Shown: positions 30,301-38,517, counted from the stretch's first letter. The stretch: 64,000 bases of DNA from an uncultured Chloroflexia bacterium (GCA_963752475.1 CAVVYR010000008.1:320001-384000), one strand, 5' to 3'. The notes: generated by a model from the letters alone, not told the origin. A program made the numbers and translations.

Positions 30301-30758
30301 TCGTGTTGCTCGACCCAGACCTGTTCCAAGTCGACAGTGTCGCGTTCGCTCGCCAGTCTGCCGACATCGTTGGAACAACGAGTGCCGGGAGCCGAGGCCC
30401 CGAGATGCTTGCCCTATATCGAGGCCACTTCGCGCCAGAGTTCGAGTACGAAGAGTGGGCTAGCGAGTGGCGAACGCATCTCCACACGAGCTACCTCCAC
30501 TTGGCTCACGCTACCTCAACCGCCCTGATCCACGAGCGCCGATACGGCGAGGTAGTCGAAGTGTTGACGCCTGTTGTTGCACTGGATCCGACTGCATTTG
30601 AAATCCGAGGGGCCCTCGTCGGATGCCTTGCGGTAGCTGGTGCGCGCGATGCCTCGGTCGCGCACTACCGAAGCATGGCGGCGGCCCACGAGCGCGAGCT
30701 CGGGCTGCCCGCGCGCCCGTACGATGAACTTGTCAGATCCGTCAGTTCTATGCCCTAA
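27360..30758 (+). CDS. MalT-like STAND ATPase / TPR / winged-HTH-BTAD (SARP-type) transcriptional regulator
   Basis: ARPRL, Walker A AEAGYGKT, Walker B ILDDYH, LRFT, TEGWAAGLQL, DFLAEEVL; C-terminal REQVMEALWPD...SLHQTIFFLRR and LYRGHF..EFEYEEWA. Confidence 0.88.
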   Translation: MPYQSLTPEQDRARPEAPPATVPGLNTPEPHPSGFAIIGSKIGPAAPARSILARPRLVDWFDQHARARVVFVSAEAGYGKTTLLGEFANHTRDRVVWYRLERSDGDWITFLSYLVAALRDVWPEFGKSTEALLRNVAAMGSSREVVLAQFLADLSSAEASRVAVILDDYHLVGESPDVRMIVSRMLERAPEGMYFVLSGRSVPMLSVGRLRGQGRVNGLNIDDLRFTLSEIEQLFATTYGLPLDGRACRLIAEKTEGWAAGLQLVAASIAVSQPDEVAEFLAALNGATGPIYDFLAEEVLTRLAPETQRVLMHASLVERVQTDYVAVALEAGGTPVESSVIQASLDRAESLGLLGVRSEAARGMRMQALFREFLEVHLEREVAPKTIRQMHQAIAHASEQDDWLMAARHFAKAGCHDDSMRVIGSAAGEALGTGAWGAAVEIVDSMPATEPPPAVKVIQARALISDEHPEAAVEVLSSIDRTNLSPEERGLVGLTWAAIHHINGETELHKGEIVPIADDETVPALLRDVGHCWQLMLEAATGESISDAVTALRRMAVEQSKHDLHYFAGVTLHNAATGELARGNYGDAQALAKDSVAHLARTDEGASISSSTRSLQALVVAELGDLEEGLRLSSAAATGPEAAADALADAAYLHAVCGRGHQARTLLSRFERGDARWARDLSSKAAGCYARFALAMSDGATGDADRALADLDELTPVDFDTETRRAVLAATLAVAAQDPAASTILHTAKEVVARQNAWRWMMRVRLLDAVLQRDGKSLALWITEAETNSALSVLELADAIVTAVGALASIPEALERSVLREPRRWIGALTRQVQGPPSEDAGAAAAMIAKFGTAEDAAVLRDYERTATGRPRRRGLATQLIRRVSPTVRVHDLGLTSYEVGERIVRLTQTRRKTAALLLYLVTRPDLAANREQVMEALWPDQTPKSALNSLHQTIFFLRRELEPWYEDGATADYVHMDTELVLLDPDLFQVDSVAFARQSADIVGTTSAGSRGPEMLALYRGHFAPEFEYEEWASEWRTHLHTSYLHLAHATSTALIHERRYGEVVEVLTPVVALDPTAFEIRGALVGCLAVAGARDASVAHYRSMAAAHERELGLPARPYDELVRSVSSMP

Positions 30759-30849
30759 CCACCCGTACGTACTAGTACTTATAGGGAGCAGACCACCCCG
30801 TACCTAACCTTGCCGAAGCATCAGTCGGATGACTGAGGCTCGAGGTCAC

Positions 30850-30942
30850 GGGGCAACAGCCGTGAAGACTCAGAGGGCTCGAGAGAGGGGACCTCCGAGT
30901 TCACGATTTGCCCCCAAGCACACCGGGCCGCCACCCGGCGGC
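30850..30942 (+). ncRNA. Structured leader upstream of the peptide gene (65-nt GNRA-capped hairpin plus a short hairpin)
   Basis: Pairings GGGGCAA/TTGCCCC, CGTGAA/TTCACG, CTC/GAG, GAGG/CCTC, CTC-GAGA-GAG (30850-30914); GCCGCC-ACCC-GGCGGC (30927-30942). Confidence 0.5.
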
Positions 30943-30999
30943 ACGAAAGAAGGGGTAAGACATGGATCCCATCGCCCACACGAAGCCCTGGTAGCTGAG

Positions 31000-31092
31000 A
31001 TGCCTCGCATGTTGATGTCGAGGCTCACGTTGCTTTCGACTCTCGTACTCACTCTGGTAATCGCGGGCAGCGCGGGCATCCGGCCCATCTGA
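31000..31092 (+). CDS. Small hydrophobic peptide, putative signalling-peptide precursor (MPRMLMSRLTLLSTLVLTLVIAGSAGIRPI)
   Basis: Basic N-region, hydrophobic core and a short GIRPI tail; lies between the regulator and the HD-GYP/DUF5317 genes. Start uncertain: 31000, 31009, 31015, or 30962 if one base is missing. Confidence 0.65.
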   Translation: MPRMLMSRLTLLSTLVLTLVIAGSAGIRPI

Positions 31093-31125
31093 AGGGACTA
31101 GCGCACTCCTAGTACATATGTTGGA

Positions 31126-31167
31126 TGGGGAGTTGTCGGTATCAATCGTGATACTGACGACTACCCA
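31126..31167 (+). other. Intercistronic stem-loop between the peptide and HD-GYP genes
   Basis: AGTTGTCGGTATCA-ATCG-TGATACTGACGACT (two G-U pairs), closed by TGGG/CCCA. Confidence 0.55.
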
Positions 31168-31191
31168 GTTGGGACTCAGGAGTCGCGACCT

Positions 31192-32589
31192 TTGTCGAGA
31201 AACCTTCGGATACTTCTGACGGTCGTACCGATTACGGCTGTCGCGTTGCTCGCGGTTAGCCTGCGAGCTTGGCCCGTCGACTTCGGCGGGTCAGTTTGGG
31301 TTTGGTCAGGCCAAGGCGGTACCGTCGCTGTACTGCTCTTCTGGATCGCGACTACCCTCGTCGCTTCGATGTTTCCGGTGCATATGCCGCGTGGGCCAGT
31401 TGTCAGCGTGGCGACGGCCCCAATCATCGCTGCAGCAATCCTCGGGGGCCCGAGTTCGGCCGCCATCGTTGCCATCCTTGGAACTATTGAGCTGCGCGAG
31501 CTTCAAGGACGTGTACCTTGGTACGGCGTGGTGTACAACCACACATTCCCGGCGATTGCTGCGGTTCTGTCAGGAGTCCTGTTCCTCTTCCTCAGCGGTG
31601 ATGAAGGAATCGCAAGTCCAGTAGGCCTCGCTGCGGGTGTTGCGGCTGGAATCGTGTTCGTTGGGGTAGACACTGGCATGTCGTCGCTCGCCGTTGCCCT
31701 TCGCGAGGAGCGGCCGTTCGGCGCCGTCGTGGCCAGCGACTTCCGGTCATTCGGGATGAGTCTGGTCGGCCTTACGCCAATGGCGTGGCTCATGGCGCTG
31801 GCATACATGTACATCGGACCCCTCGTTGCGCTCGTGTTCGCTCTGCCTCTCTACACGACACGGGCTGCCTACAAGGCGGTCGTGGATATCCGCGAGATGT
31901 TCACGCAGACCGTCAAGGCACTCGCGTCGGCCATCGACGCCCGAGACCCCAGCACGAAGAAGCACTCGGAACACGTCTCGGGCATCGCCGTCGAGATCGG
32001 CCAAGCCATGAACCTCAGCGAGCCGGAGCTCGAGCAACTCGAATGGGCCGGCCTGCTCCACGACATCGGCAAGATCGGCATCCGCGACTCCGTCCTGCTG
32101 AAGCCCGAGAAGCTCAGCCGTGAGGAGCGCATCCTCATGAACGAGCACCCCGCCAAGGGCGAGGAAATCCTCAAGGACGTCGATCAGCTCGCCGCCGAGC
32201 GTCCGCTCATCCGCCACCACCACGAGTGGTACAACGGTTCCGGCTATCCCGACCGCCTCATCGGCGACGAGATCCCGCTACTGGCCCGCGTCCTCCATGT
32301 CGCTGATGCCTTCGAGGCCATGACCGCGTCGCGCCCCTATCGCCCGATCCCGCTGTCCGGGGCCGAGGCCTTCGAGGAACTGGAGCGCTACGCAGGGATC
32401 CAATTCGACCCCGACGTGGTGGAGGCCTTCGGCCGCACCAAGACCGCCCAGGAAGCCTCCGAGCCAATCGACGACGAGCCTGGGGAGCCCGAGCGGCAGC
32501 TGACCCCGGTCCCGACGCTGGGACAGGTCGCGTCGGCCCGCGCCAAGGCTACGTCTCTGCCCACGAGCTCCGCTCCCGCCGAACCCTAG
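31192..32589 (+). CDS. HD-GYP c-di-GMP phosphodiesterase with an N-terminal multi-TM sensor domain
   Basis: About 7 hydrophobic segments in the first ~225 aa; DARDPSTKKHS, LLHDIGKIG, HHHEWYNGSGYP, VADAFEAMT; AGGAG RBS before the TTG. Confidence 0.92.
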   Translation: MSRNLRILLTVVPITAVALLAVSLRAWPVDFGGSVWVWSGQGGTVAVLLFWIATTLVASMFPVHMPRGPVVSVATAPIIAAAILGGPSSAAIVAILGTIELRELQGRVPWYGVVYNHTFPAIAAVLSGVLFLFLSGDEGIASPVGLAAGVAAGIVFVGVDTGMSSLAVALREERPFGAVVASDFRSFGMSLVGLTPMAWLMALAYMYIGPLVALVFALPLYTTRAAYKAVVDIREMFTQTVKALASAIDARDPSTKKHSEHVSGIAVEIGQAMNLSEPELEQLEWAGLLHDIGKIGIRDSVLLKPEKLSREERILMNEHPAKGEEILKDVDQLAAERPLIRHHHEWYNGSGYPDRLIGDEIPLLARVLHVADAFEAMTASRPYRPIPLSGAEAFEELERYAGIQFDPDVVEAFGRTKTAQEASEPIDDEPGEPERQLTPVPTLGQVASARAKATSLPTSSAPAEP

Positions 32590-32678
32590 TCGGGAGCTTC
32601 CGAGCACATGGCGGACCTGCCCCCGCACCTTCCACAGGCTGACCGAGCCTGCGCGACAGCTCCGGGGGAAGCTGCCTG

Positions 32679-34658
32679 ATGCTCTTCGTCGCCGTCATCC
32701 TGGGGCTCGGCGCCGGCCTCCTGGTCGGCGGCCGCCTCAGCAATCTGCTGTCCGCTCAGCTTCGTTTCGGCGGGCTGATCGTCGGCGGCCTGATCCTCCG
32801 CGTCGCAACCCAGTGGGGCCTGGACCAGGGCATCGACATCATCGAGTTCCTGCGCGCCCCGCTCTTCGCCGCTTCGTTCGGCTTGCTAGTCGTGGCCCTT
32901 TGGCTCAACCGCGGGCAACCGGGTCTGCTGCTGGCGATGGTTGGCATCGGCGCCAACGGCGTGGCAGTCATGATCAACGGCGGCCACATGCCGGTGTGGA
33001 TGCCGGCGGTGGAACTGGCGGGCCTCAGCAGCGCAGACCTCAACCCCGCCTTCCACGTCCTCCTGCCCGATGAGTTGAACGTCGAGTTCCTGCTCATGGC
33101 AGGACCCTTCGGCGACATCGTCCCCATCGCCATCCCCTTCCTCTCCAACGTGATCAGCCTCGGCGACGTCATGCTCGCCGCCGGCGTGGGCTGGTTCCTG
33201 TTCTCGGCCGTCGCTCGTGGCTCGACCGACCCGGACGAGGGCGTGGTCTCCCTCTGGAGCGCCCGGCCGGAGGCCGAGGTCCGAGCCGCCATCTACACCG
33301 ACCGCGCCGGCATCCAGCGGCCCATCGTCGGCGGCTCCAGCATGGGCACCGGCCTTCGCCCGTCGGCGACATCCGGCGCGGAGGCAGCCCTCCCACCCAC
33401 CGACAAGACCGCCGCCGAGCGCATCCGCGAGCACCCATACGTCCGGCTCGCGCGCGACGCCCGCTTCTCCGCGTTCTGGCTGGCCGGCACCATCAGCGTC
33501 TTCGGTGATCGCCTCCACCAGATCGCGCTCGGCGTGATGGTCCTGGCCCTGACGGGCTCGGCCATGCAGACGGGCTTCGTCTTCCTTGCCGCCACGCTGC
33601 CGAACCTGCTGCTCGGCCCCATCGCCGGAACGTTCGTCGACCGCTGGGACCAGAAGCGCGTGTTGGTCGTCAGCGATCTCCTGCGCGCCGGGCTCGTTCT
33701 GGCCCTCCCCTTCGTCGTGGAGATCAACGTCTGGCTGGTCTACCCGGTGGTCTTCATCGTGACCACGGTCAGCATCTTCTTCCGCCCGGCCAAGACGGCG
33801 ATCCTGCCACGCATCGTCCGGCGCGAGGACCTGACGCCGGCCAACGGTGCCATCTGGACGGGCGAGACCCTCGCCGACATCGCGGGCTACCCGCTGGCCG
33901 GCGTGATCGTGGCCTCGCTCGGCCAGAACTTCGCGCTCGCCTTCTGGATCGACTCATTCACCTACATCGTCAGCGCCGTCCTGCTCGTGGGCCTCTCCAT
34001 CCCGCCGGCGGCGCGTGCGGTCGGCCCTCGTGTCTCGGGCGCCGTGGCCGCGTTCGTAGAGGAACTGCGTGAGGGCTGGCACTTCCTGCGCGGCGAGGTG
34101 ACACTCTTCCAGAACACCCTCGTGAGCGTGTTCGCGCAGCTGTCGGTCGGCGCCACGCTCTCACTGATGGTCGTCTATGCCGAGCGCACGCTGTCGGGCG
34201 AGATCATCCCATACCCCGAGAGCTACGCCGTCATCGAGGCAGCCATCGGGATCGGAAACCTGGCAGGCGGCTTCGTCGTCGGCGCCATCGGCGCTCGGCT
34301 ACGCAAGGGCTGGCTGGTCATCAGCGGCTTCGCGGTCATGGGCGTCGCCACCATCGTCCTCGGTCTGACCTCGAACGAACTGCTGGCCGTGGGCGCCGCG
34401 GTGGTCATCGGCATCTTCAACCTGGTCTACGTGATCCCTAGCCAGACGCTCTTCGCCGAGCGCACGCCCGAGGGCATGTTGGGCCGCGTCGTGGCCATCC
34501 GCTCGAGCATCGTGATGGGTGCGCTGACGGGCGCGATGGCCGTCGCTTCCGGCCTGGCCGACACCATCGATGCGGGCGTCATCATCGCCTTCACCGGCGT
34601 GCTCACCGTCCTCGCGGCGGTCGTCGCCGCATGGCTGCCGGCGGTGCGTGACGCCTGA
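32679..34658 (+). CDS. DUF5317 domain fused to an MFS transporter (MFS_3/DHA3-like)
   Basis: N-terminus GGRLSNL...WLNR...GANGVAVMINGGHMPV...H...GDIVPI...ISLGDV; C-terminal MFS with FWLAGTISVFGD, GTFVDRWDQKRVL..SDLLRA, LGRV. Confidence 0.85.
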   Translation: MLFVAVILGLGAGLLVGGRLSNLLSAQLRFGGLIVGGLILRVATQWGLDQGIDIIEFLRAPLFAASFGLLVVALWLNRGQPGLLLAMVGIGANGVAVMINGGHMPVWMPAVELAGLSSADLNPAFHVLLPDELNVEFLLMAGPFGDIVPIAIPFLSNVISLGDVMLAAGVGWFLFSAVARGSTDPDEGVVSLWSARPEAEVRAAIYTDRAGIQRPIVGGSSMGTGLRPSATSGAEAALPPTDKTAAERIREHPYVRLARDARFSAFWLAGTISVFGDRLHQIALGVMVLALTGSAMQTGFVFLAATLPNLLLGPIAGTFVDRWDQKRVLVVSDLLRAGLVLALPFVVEINVWLVYPVVFIVTTVSIFFRPAKTAILPRIVRREDLTPANGAIWTGETLADIAGYPLAGVIVASLGQNFALAFWIDSFTYIVSAVLLVGLSIPPAARAVGPRVSGAVAAFVEELREGWHFLRGEVTLFQNTLVSVFAQLSVGATLSLMVVYAERTLSGEIIPYPESYAVIEAAIGIGNLAGGFVVGAIGARLRKGWLVISGFAVMGVATIVLGLTSNELLAVGAAVVIGIFNLVYVIPSQTLFAERTPEGMLGRVVAIRSSIVMGALTGAMAVASGLADTIDAGVIIAFTGVLTVLAAVVAAWLPAVRDA

Positions 34659-34726
34659 CCCGGCACGCTTCCCCGCTCCCCGCGATAATCGACGGAACGC
34701 GAACGCCCCAGGGAGAGCTCCGCTAG

Positions 34727-35622
34727 ATGACCGACCAGAACAAGCCTGAAGACGCGATACCCGAAGAGGAGATGCCCGAGGAGTCTGTCGACGAGTCCGC
34801 TGAGGCCGAAGAGCCGGCGGAGGATGTCGTCGAGGAGCCGACTGAAGAGGCCGCGGCTGAAGAGGCCCCAGCCCAGACCGAGCCCGTGGCCGGGGCGACG
34901 ACCGCGGCTGCGTCGTCGACATCGACGAGCGGCCCGGAGGAACCTCCGTTCATCGATGATCAGGTCAGCAAGTGGTGGATCGGCATCATCATCGCGGTAT
35001 TCGCGCTGATCTTCGTCGTGGTCGTCCTGTTTGGCCGCGGTGGCTTCCTCGCGGACGTCTTCGAGTCGGACGACCCCACGCCTGAACCGACCATCGAGGC
35101 CACAGCGGAGCCGGAACCGACCGACGCGGAGGAGAGCACCGAACCGGTCGACGCCACCATCGAACCCTCCGAGGCGCCGAGCGAGGAGCCATCGGAAGAG
35201 CCGACGCCCGAGCCGACCGAGGAGCCCGCACCGGAGCCGACGCCCGAGCCCACGCCCGAGCCGACGCCCGAGCCCACGCCCGAGCCCACGCCGGAGCCGA
35301 CCGAGGAGCCCACGCCCGAGCCGACCGAGGAGCCGACCCGGAGCCGACCGAGGAGCCCACGCCGGAGCCGACACCGGAGCCGACGCCCGAGCCCACGCCC
35401 GAGCCGACGCCCGAGCCGACACCGGAGCCCACGCCCGAGCCGACGGAGGAACCGAGCATCGGACCATGCCCGACGATCGACCCTGAGGCCAGCCTCGACC
35501 CTGACGCGAGCGCCGACCCCGAGGCCACGGATGAGCCCGAGGTCCCGTGCTACACCGCAGAACCGTCCGAGGAGCCGGAAGTGTCCGAGGAGCCGGGGCT
35601 CACGGCCGAGCCGGCTGACTGA
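34727..35622 (+). CDS. Acidic membrane-anchored protein with (EPTP/EPTE)n repeats; frameshift at ~35339
   Basis: TM helix WWIGIIIAVFALIFVVVVLF; restoring the frame gives ...EPSIGPCPTIDPE...EPAD with stop at 35620-35622. Confidence 0.7.
35189..35455 (+). repeat. 12-bp tandem repeat (gagccSacSccS / gagccgaccgag), about 22 units
   Basis: Directly visible; encodes EPTP/EPTE. Confidence 0.9.
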
Positions 35623-35631
35623 CGTCATGGG

Positions 35632-36321
35632 GTGACCGACGGCTCTCCGCAGCACCAGGATCGCTACGCTGCTGCGCGCGCGGCCATGGTTCGCGACCAG
35701 CTTGAGTCACGTGGTATCCGAGACCGACCCACGCTGGCGGCGATGTCGGTGGTTCCACGGGAGGCCTTCGTGCGCGAGGAGCGTACGATCGATGCCTATG
35801 CCGACAGCCCACTGACCATCGGCCACGGCCAGACCATCTCGCAGCCATACATGGTCGCGCGGATGACGGCCGCCGTCGGGCTGGAGGATGCCGGCTGGCC
35901 TTGGGAGCGCACACGCCCATCGGTTCTGGACGTCGGCACCGGCTCCGGCTACCAAGCCGCGGTCCTGGCCGAGACGGGCGCTCGGGTGACTTCGATCGAG
36001 CGCGATCCCGACCTTGCGGCCTGGGCTCGCCGGAACCTCGCGAGGGCCGGCTACGACGTCGAGGTGCTCATCGGTGATGGCAGCGTCGGCTATCCGGCCC
36101 ACGCACCCTATGCCGCCATCGTCGTGGGCGCGGGTGCGCCCGCCATCCCTGAACCGCTGAAGGATCAGCTGGCCGAGGGCGGGCGGCTGGCGATCCCGGT
36201 CGGCGACCGCCGCTCGCAACGCTTGATGGTCGTCCGGCGGCAAGGTCGAGCTTTCGAGGAACGTGCGGTGGATCGATGCGTCTTCGTGCCGCTCGTCGGC
36301 GCTCACGGCCACGCCGGCTGA
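35632..36321 (+). CDS. pcm: Protein-L-isoaspartate O-methyltransferase
   Basis: VPREAFV, GQTISQPYMVARM, VLDVGTGSGYQAA, FVPLVG. Confidence 0.93.
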   Translation: MTDGSPQHQDRYAAARAAMVRDQLESRGIRDRPTLAAMSVVPREAFVREERTIDAYADSPLTIGHGQTISQPYMVARMTAAVGLEDAGWPWERTRPSVLDVGTGSGYQAAVLAETGARVTSIERDPDLAAWARRNLARAGYDVEVLIGDGSVGYPAHAPYAAIVVGAGAPAIPEPLKDQLAEGGRLAIPVGDRRSQRLMVVRRQGRAFEERAVDRCVFVPLVGAHGHAG

Positions 36322-36355
36322 AACCGGTGATGGCCCGGTGCTATCCTCGCCCGCG

Positions 36356-37426
36356 ATGACACACGTCTTCGTAGCCCCCCATCCGGACGATGTCGCACTC
36401 TCGTGCGGCGGCCTCGTCTCCAGCCTGCGCGAGCTCGGCCAGTCGGTGACGATCCTGACGGTCTACTCCGGTGGACCCGGCGACTTCGACCTCGCGGACT
36501 ACCAGCGTGAAGCCGTGGGCTTCGGCACCAAGACCCTGCACCCCGCGACCCAGGCCTTCAACCGCAGCAACATCGGTTCCGAGTACCCGGTGTCCACGGC
36601 CACCGGCACCGGCGCCCCGTGGGAGGCGGACCCCTCCCGGATCGACGCGACACAGGAACGAGCCAATACACAGGCCCGCCAGTTCTGGCAGCGAGCGGCC
36701 TGGTCTCGCAGCGCCAACGTCACCAACGACGCGCACGAGGACCGCCCCCTGCGCGACGACCTGCCCACGCACGGGACGCTCGAGCGCTTCGAGCTCGCAA
36801 GGGCTGATGCAACGACGCTACGCAAGGCGGAGGACGAGCGCTGGGCCTACTTCATCGAAGCCGCACTCGTGGACCTGGATCTGCCCGATGCGGTCCATCG
36901 CGGTTACGGCAGTGACGACGAGTTGCTGGGCCCGCCCCGCGCCGAGGACGAGATCCCGGTCGACATCCTGCGCCGCGAGATCCTGCGCCTGGAGCCACAG
37001 CAGGTCTACTTCCCGCTCGGGGTCGGCGGCCACGTCGACCATCGCCTCTGCCGCGATGCCGGCTTGGCGCTCCTGGAGGACGAGGCCTCCTGGGTCATGC
37101 CGGCCGGCGGGTTCGCCGGTCGCCTCTCCTTCTACGAGGACTTCCCGTACGCCTGGTGGAGTGGCTTCTCCGGCCCGTCCGACCTCGCCGGACAGGACAT
37201 CGATGTCCCTCGTGGGTTGGCTCTCGAGGCACGTTACGCCGACATCAGCGACCAACTCGAGCGCAAGGGCGCTGGACTGAAGATGTACGCGCGTGAGGTG
37301 GAGCGCCTGTTCGACAGCGAGCAGGGCATGCTCGATGCGGTCGCTGGCTACGCTGCGCGCGTAGCCGACAGCGGCGGGCTCGGCACCGGTGCTGCCGAGC
37401 GGTACTGGAGCGTCGTCCGCTCCTAG
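36356..37426 (+). CDS. PIG-L/LmbE family deacetylase
   Basis: APHPDDVALSCGG, R..ED, PLGVGGHVDH, YEDFPY. Confidence 0.85.
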   Translation: MTHVFVAPHPDDVALSCGGLVSSLRELGQSVTILTVYSGGPGDFDLADYQREAVGFGTKTLHPATQAFNRSNIGSEYPVSTATGTGAPWEADPSRIDATQERANTQARQFWQRAAWSRSANVTNDAHEDRPLRDDLPTHGTLERFELARADATTLRKAEDERWAYFIEAALVDLDLPDAVHRGYGSDDELLGPPRAEDEIPVDILRREILRLEPQQVYFPLGVGGHVDHRLCRDAGLALLEDEASWVMPAGGFAGRLSFYEDFPYAWWSGFSGPSDLAGQDIDVPRGLALEARYADISDQLERKGAGLKMYAREVERLFDSEQGMLDAVAGYAARVADSGGLGTGAAERYWSVVRS

Positions 37427-37450
37427 CTGGCACCAACGACGCCGCCTGGG

Positions 37451-38283
37451 TCAGGCCGTGTCCGAGGTCTCCGCGGCAGGTGTCCCCGCACGAGTGTTGC
37501 GGTGGATGATGGGGATCCTGAGCAGGTCCCACAGCACGCTCAGACCGAGGCGCAACCGGACACGCATGCGTGAGCCGTGGATGTCCTCCCACATCACCGG
37601 CACGATGGCGTACTCGTAGCCCAGCCGACGCATGAGGTAGATGACTTCAGCGTCGAAGACGATGCCGTCGGTCTTGAGCCGGCTGAAGATGTCGTCGCCC
37701 GGCCGTTTGCCTCGAAGCCCTTGAAACCGCACTGGGTATCTGGCACGTCGCCGGTGACCCAGGCGCCGGCGAGCGCGCGATAGATGCGACCGAGCACACG
37801 CCGATACGTCGGCTGCGTCGCTCGTCGATCCGATCCGTCGGGCTGGATGCGGCTGCCGAGGGCGACGTCCGCGGTCGCGAGAGCCTCCGTCAGCAACGGG
37901 ATCTGGTCGGGCGGGGTGGCCATGTCGGCGTCGGTGAAGATGACCAGGTCGCCCTCGGCCGCCAGCACGCCCGCTGTCACCGCTGCGCCCTTGCCGGCGT
38001 GGCGGCGGCGAAGGACGCGCAGCTTCGGTGGCGTGCCATCAGGGCTCGGCTGCGCTTCTGGACGAGCCTCCACGATGTCGACCGTGTCATCGCTCGAGCC
38101 ATCGTCGACGACGAGCACGTCCCACTGGCCGATCTCAGCCGAAGAACGTCCGCTGCTGCGCGCAGGGCCGCCGCGCCGCAACCAACCGAAGAGTTCGTCG
38201 AGGGCAGGGCCGATCCGCTCGGCCTCGTTGTAGGCCGGCACCACGATCGTCAGGCAGGGCTTGCCATGGGCTTCGGTCGTCAC
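37451..38283 (-). CDS. GT2 polyprenol-phosphate glycosyltransferase (frameshift at ~37705)
   Basis: VVPAYNEAERI, VDDGSSD, GKGAAV, FTDADMATP, DTQCGFK; second frame FDAEVIY...VPVMWEDIHGS. Confidence 0.82.
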
Positions 38284-38517
38284 TCGCGCAGGCTACAGGG
38301 TGCCGTCCATGGTTGCGGATGGCTCCATGGTCCCATCGTGACCCCACCAAGCCGCACTCGACTGACCCTGAAGAGCCCCGTTCGATGACCCATTCGTACC
38401 ACCGAGCGACGCAGGCGCGCGTTGCTAGGGTGGATCGCACATGGTCATTCCTACCTCGTTGCCCAAGGTTGCCTCGGTCCCCGCGTGCCCCGGGCATGGC
38501 GAAGAGGGTCGAGTGAC

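Noticed and set aside
30840-30960. c-di-GMP-I (GEMM) or c-di-GMP-II riboswitch
   Set aside because: GGGCAA and a GNRA loop are suggestive, but the GCAAAG junction and P2 architecture of class I and the class II motifs are absent; kept only as an unknown structure.
30829-31092. The 87-aa ORF as listed
   Set aside because: Its 5' half overlaps the RNA hairpin, lacks a convincing RBS and looks non-coding; only the 3' part resembles a real peptide.
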